Of a DNA stretch of 26,197 nt, positions 24,708 through 26,197 are shown piece after piece. Within the stretch, counting starts at the first letter, position 1, and each line of letters begins with the position of its first letter. Position numbers and translations under genes: made by a program. Origin of the DNA: a virus (lineage: Duplodnaviria > Caudoviricetes); IMG/VR virus record IMGVR_UViG_3300023076_000009, positions 1 through 26,197 of that record; one strand, 5' to 3'. The notes beneath the pieces were generated by a model. That model was not told where the DNA came from and did no database searches. It saw only the letters and a program-made list of their open reading frames with translations.

Positions 24708-24740
24708 TAGGAATTTACAATTATTTTTATTATCTTTGTA
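24708..24740 (+). promoter_or_regulatory. Bacteroidetes-type promoter (TAGG-N19-TATCTTTG)
   Basis: TAGG at 24708-24711 and TATCTTTG at 24731-24738; shares TTTATTAGGAATT and TTTATTATCTTTGTA with the promoter at 38-70. Confidence 0.82.
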
Positions 24741-24765
24741 AGATATTAATATTTAAAAGAAGAAT

Positions 24766-25713
24766 ATGAGTTATAAAGAAATTAAAGAGTTTTTATTAAA
24801 GAATACAGGTTATTTAAAAAAATCACCTTATGTTATTGCTGAAAGATTAGATATTAAAGATATTAATCTTATAGGTGATGTTCTTAGAGAAGCTCGTAAA
24901 GAATATAAAAATAATATTAAAGTACAGGATAGTTCATCTTCAATAAAAGATGTTTCTAGATTTGCAAATTTAAATACTTCAAGAGATGTGTTTAAACAAG
25001 CTTTTGAAAATAGTATTTTTCCAATAAATTCTTTTTTTGAAAGTAAAGTTAAAAAATCTAAATCTGGTAAAAACGTTTTAGTAATTGGTGATTTACATTT
25101 ACCATTCACATTAGACGGTTATCTTGAACATTGTGTTGAAACGTACAATAAATATAAATGTAATGAAGTAGTATTTATTGGTGATGTTATTGATAATCAT
25201 GCATCAAGTTATCACGAGACTGATCCAGATGGACATAGTGCAGGACAAGAGCTTAAAATGGCAATTACTGAAATTAGAAAATGGTATAATGCTTTTCCAA
25301 AAGCAACTGTAATTATTGGTAATCATGATAGACTTATTATGCGTAAAGCACATAGTAGTGGTTTATCTAAACTTTGGATAAAAGATTATAGTGAAGTATT
25401 AGGTGTTCCAGGATGGAACTTTACAGAGTCAATTGAAATTGATGATGTACTATATATTCATGGTGAAGGTGGTACTGCAAGATCTAGAGTGAAAGGTGAT
25501 TTACAATCAATTGTTCAGGGACATTTACATACACAATGTTATGTAGAATGGTTTGTAGGTGCTAAGTTTAAAATCTTTGGTATGCAAGTTGGATGTGGTA
25601 TAGATCATAAGTCTTATGCAATGGCTTATGCTAAAGAGAACAAAAAACCTGCAATTGCATGTGGTGTAGTTTTACAGGGTGAAACACCGATTAATATAAT
25701 GATGAATTTATAA
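24766..25713 (+). CDS. calcineurin-like metallophosphoesterase with a ~100-aa N-terminal extension
   Basis: All five motifs present: GDLH, GDVID, GNHD, HG, GHLH. Confidence 0.92.
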   Translation: MSYKEIKEFLLKNTGYLKKSPYVIAERLDIKDINLIGDVLREARKEYKNNIKVQDSSSSIKDVSRFANLNTSRDVFKQAFENSIFPINSFFESKVKKSKSGKNVLVIGDLHLPFTLDGYLEHCVETYNKYKCNEVVFIGDVIDNHASSYHETDPDGHSAGQELKMAITEIRKWYNAFPKATVIIGNHDRLIMRKAHSSGLSKLWIKDYSEVLGVPGWNFTESIEIDDVLYIHGEGGTARSRVKGDLQSIVQGHLHTQCYVEWFVGAKFKIFGMQVGCGIDHKSYAMAYAKENKKPAIACGVVLQGETPINIMMNL

Positions 25714-25726
25714 AAATAACAAACAG

Positions 25727-25754
25727 ACCTCTCTCATTCGAGAGGGGTTTTTTT
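25727..25754 (+). terminator. intrinsic terminator
   Basis: ACCTCTCTC-ATTC-GAGAGGGGT stem-loop followed by a T tract. Confidence 0.88.
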
Positions 25755-25768
25755 ATGCTTAAAAATAT

Positions 25769-26197
25769 ATGGCAGCAATACGAAAAATTGTATACGATGT
25801 GCGTGAAGCACTAAAACAATATAAAGATGATTCAGAAATCGATGATAGATATATTATTTATCTTTATAATAATAAAAGAGCAAAGTATCTTAGACAGGAT
25901 TTAAATAATTTTCAACGAACTGTAGATAATTCTATTGTTCAGAAATTATGTTTAGAACTTGAAGAAGTATCTGTAAATGAATGTAATGTAGATTATGATT
26001 GTGGTACAATTATGCGTACTAAAAGACCAATTCCTAAACCATTAGAACTTCATTTAAAATCAGCTATTACAAATATTAAACCTACTACTAAAATAGCATT
26101 ACCTTTTAATTTTGTAAATAAAGAAAGAGCGATATTAAGTAAATATGCAGGATTTAATAATAGTATCTATGCTTTTTTAGATGTTGATTTACATATT
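25769..26197 (+). CDS. tail ring protein, crAss-like (partial, runs off the window end; not in ORF track)
   Basis: MAAIRKIVYDVREALKQYKDDSEIDDRYIIYLYNNKRAKYLRQ...QKLCLELEEV...IMRTKRPIP, open to the window edge; pattern recalled from crAss-like ring proteins. Confidence 0.7.
   Translation, partial: MAAIRKIVYDVREALKQYKDDSEIDDRYIIYLYNNKRAKYLRQDLNNFQRTVDNSIVQKLCLELEEVSVNECNVDYDCGTIMRTKRPIPKPLELHLKSAITNIKPTTKIALPFNFVNKERAILSKYAGFNNSIYAFLDVDLHI

Noticed and set aside
2648-25109. All minus-strand ORFs in the track (e.g. 2648-2848, 6196-6408, 8451-8642, 14200-14466, 14962-15333, 16383-16601, 16836-17072, 18598-18816, 20411-20680, 23147-23332, 23986-24201, 24828-25109)
   Set aside because: They lie antisense to well-supported genes, have the Ser/Ile/Phe/Leu-rich composition of shadow frames and show no motifs.
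1-26197. Stop-codon reassignment (TAG or TGA), known in some crAss-like phages
   Set aside because: Long genes are intact under the standard code. The few TGA/TAG stops checked (18539, 24036) give only short extensions if read through, and the TGA stops at 18539 and 23377 are ATGA overlaps.
1-26197. CRISPR array, tRNA, integrase/transposase or diversity-generating retroelement
   Set aside because: No regularly spaced repeats, cloverleaf, recombinase or reverse transcriptase motifs, or adenine-variable repeat pair were seen by eye. Intergenic space is minimal.

Overview
This is an AT-rich phage segment with all credible genes on the + strand. It has the gene order of the late (head, packaging, tail) region of a crAss-like phage (Crassvirales). 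The host is probably a Bacteroidetes or Flavobacteriaceae member, inferred from TAnnTTTG promoters, A-rich leaders lacking Shine-Dalgarno sites and a Gln(+1) signal peptide. Gene order: ClpP-like protease; small hypothetical and Cys-rich genes; PhoH-like ATPase; winged-helix and HU/IHF-like proteins; GroES-like co-chaperonin; small membrane and helical proteins; GroEL-like chaperonin overlapping the terminase large subunit; portal; acidic scaffold-like protein; major capsid; ring, auxiliary capsid and tail-hub candidates; a three-gene cadherin/Ig-like array; tail fibre genes; a lysis cluster with an M15 peptidase; a separately transcribed metallophosphoesterase; and a ring-protein gene cut by the window edge. 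The most notable items are: (1) a phage-coded GroEL, GroES and ClpP set whose GroEL looks single-ring and whose GroES looks T4 gp31-like; (2) Ig-like domains split across gene boundaries, suggesting strand complementation; (3) a two-class promoter grammar, with a CGCTATTAGAA element at identical spacing before the portal and capsid operons; (4) a fibre-like protein carrying a Sec signal peptide. All assignments come from motif recognition by eye; no searches were run.
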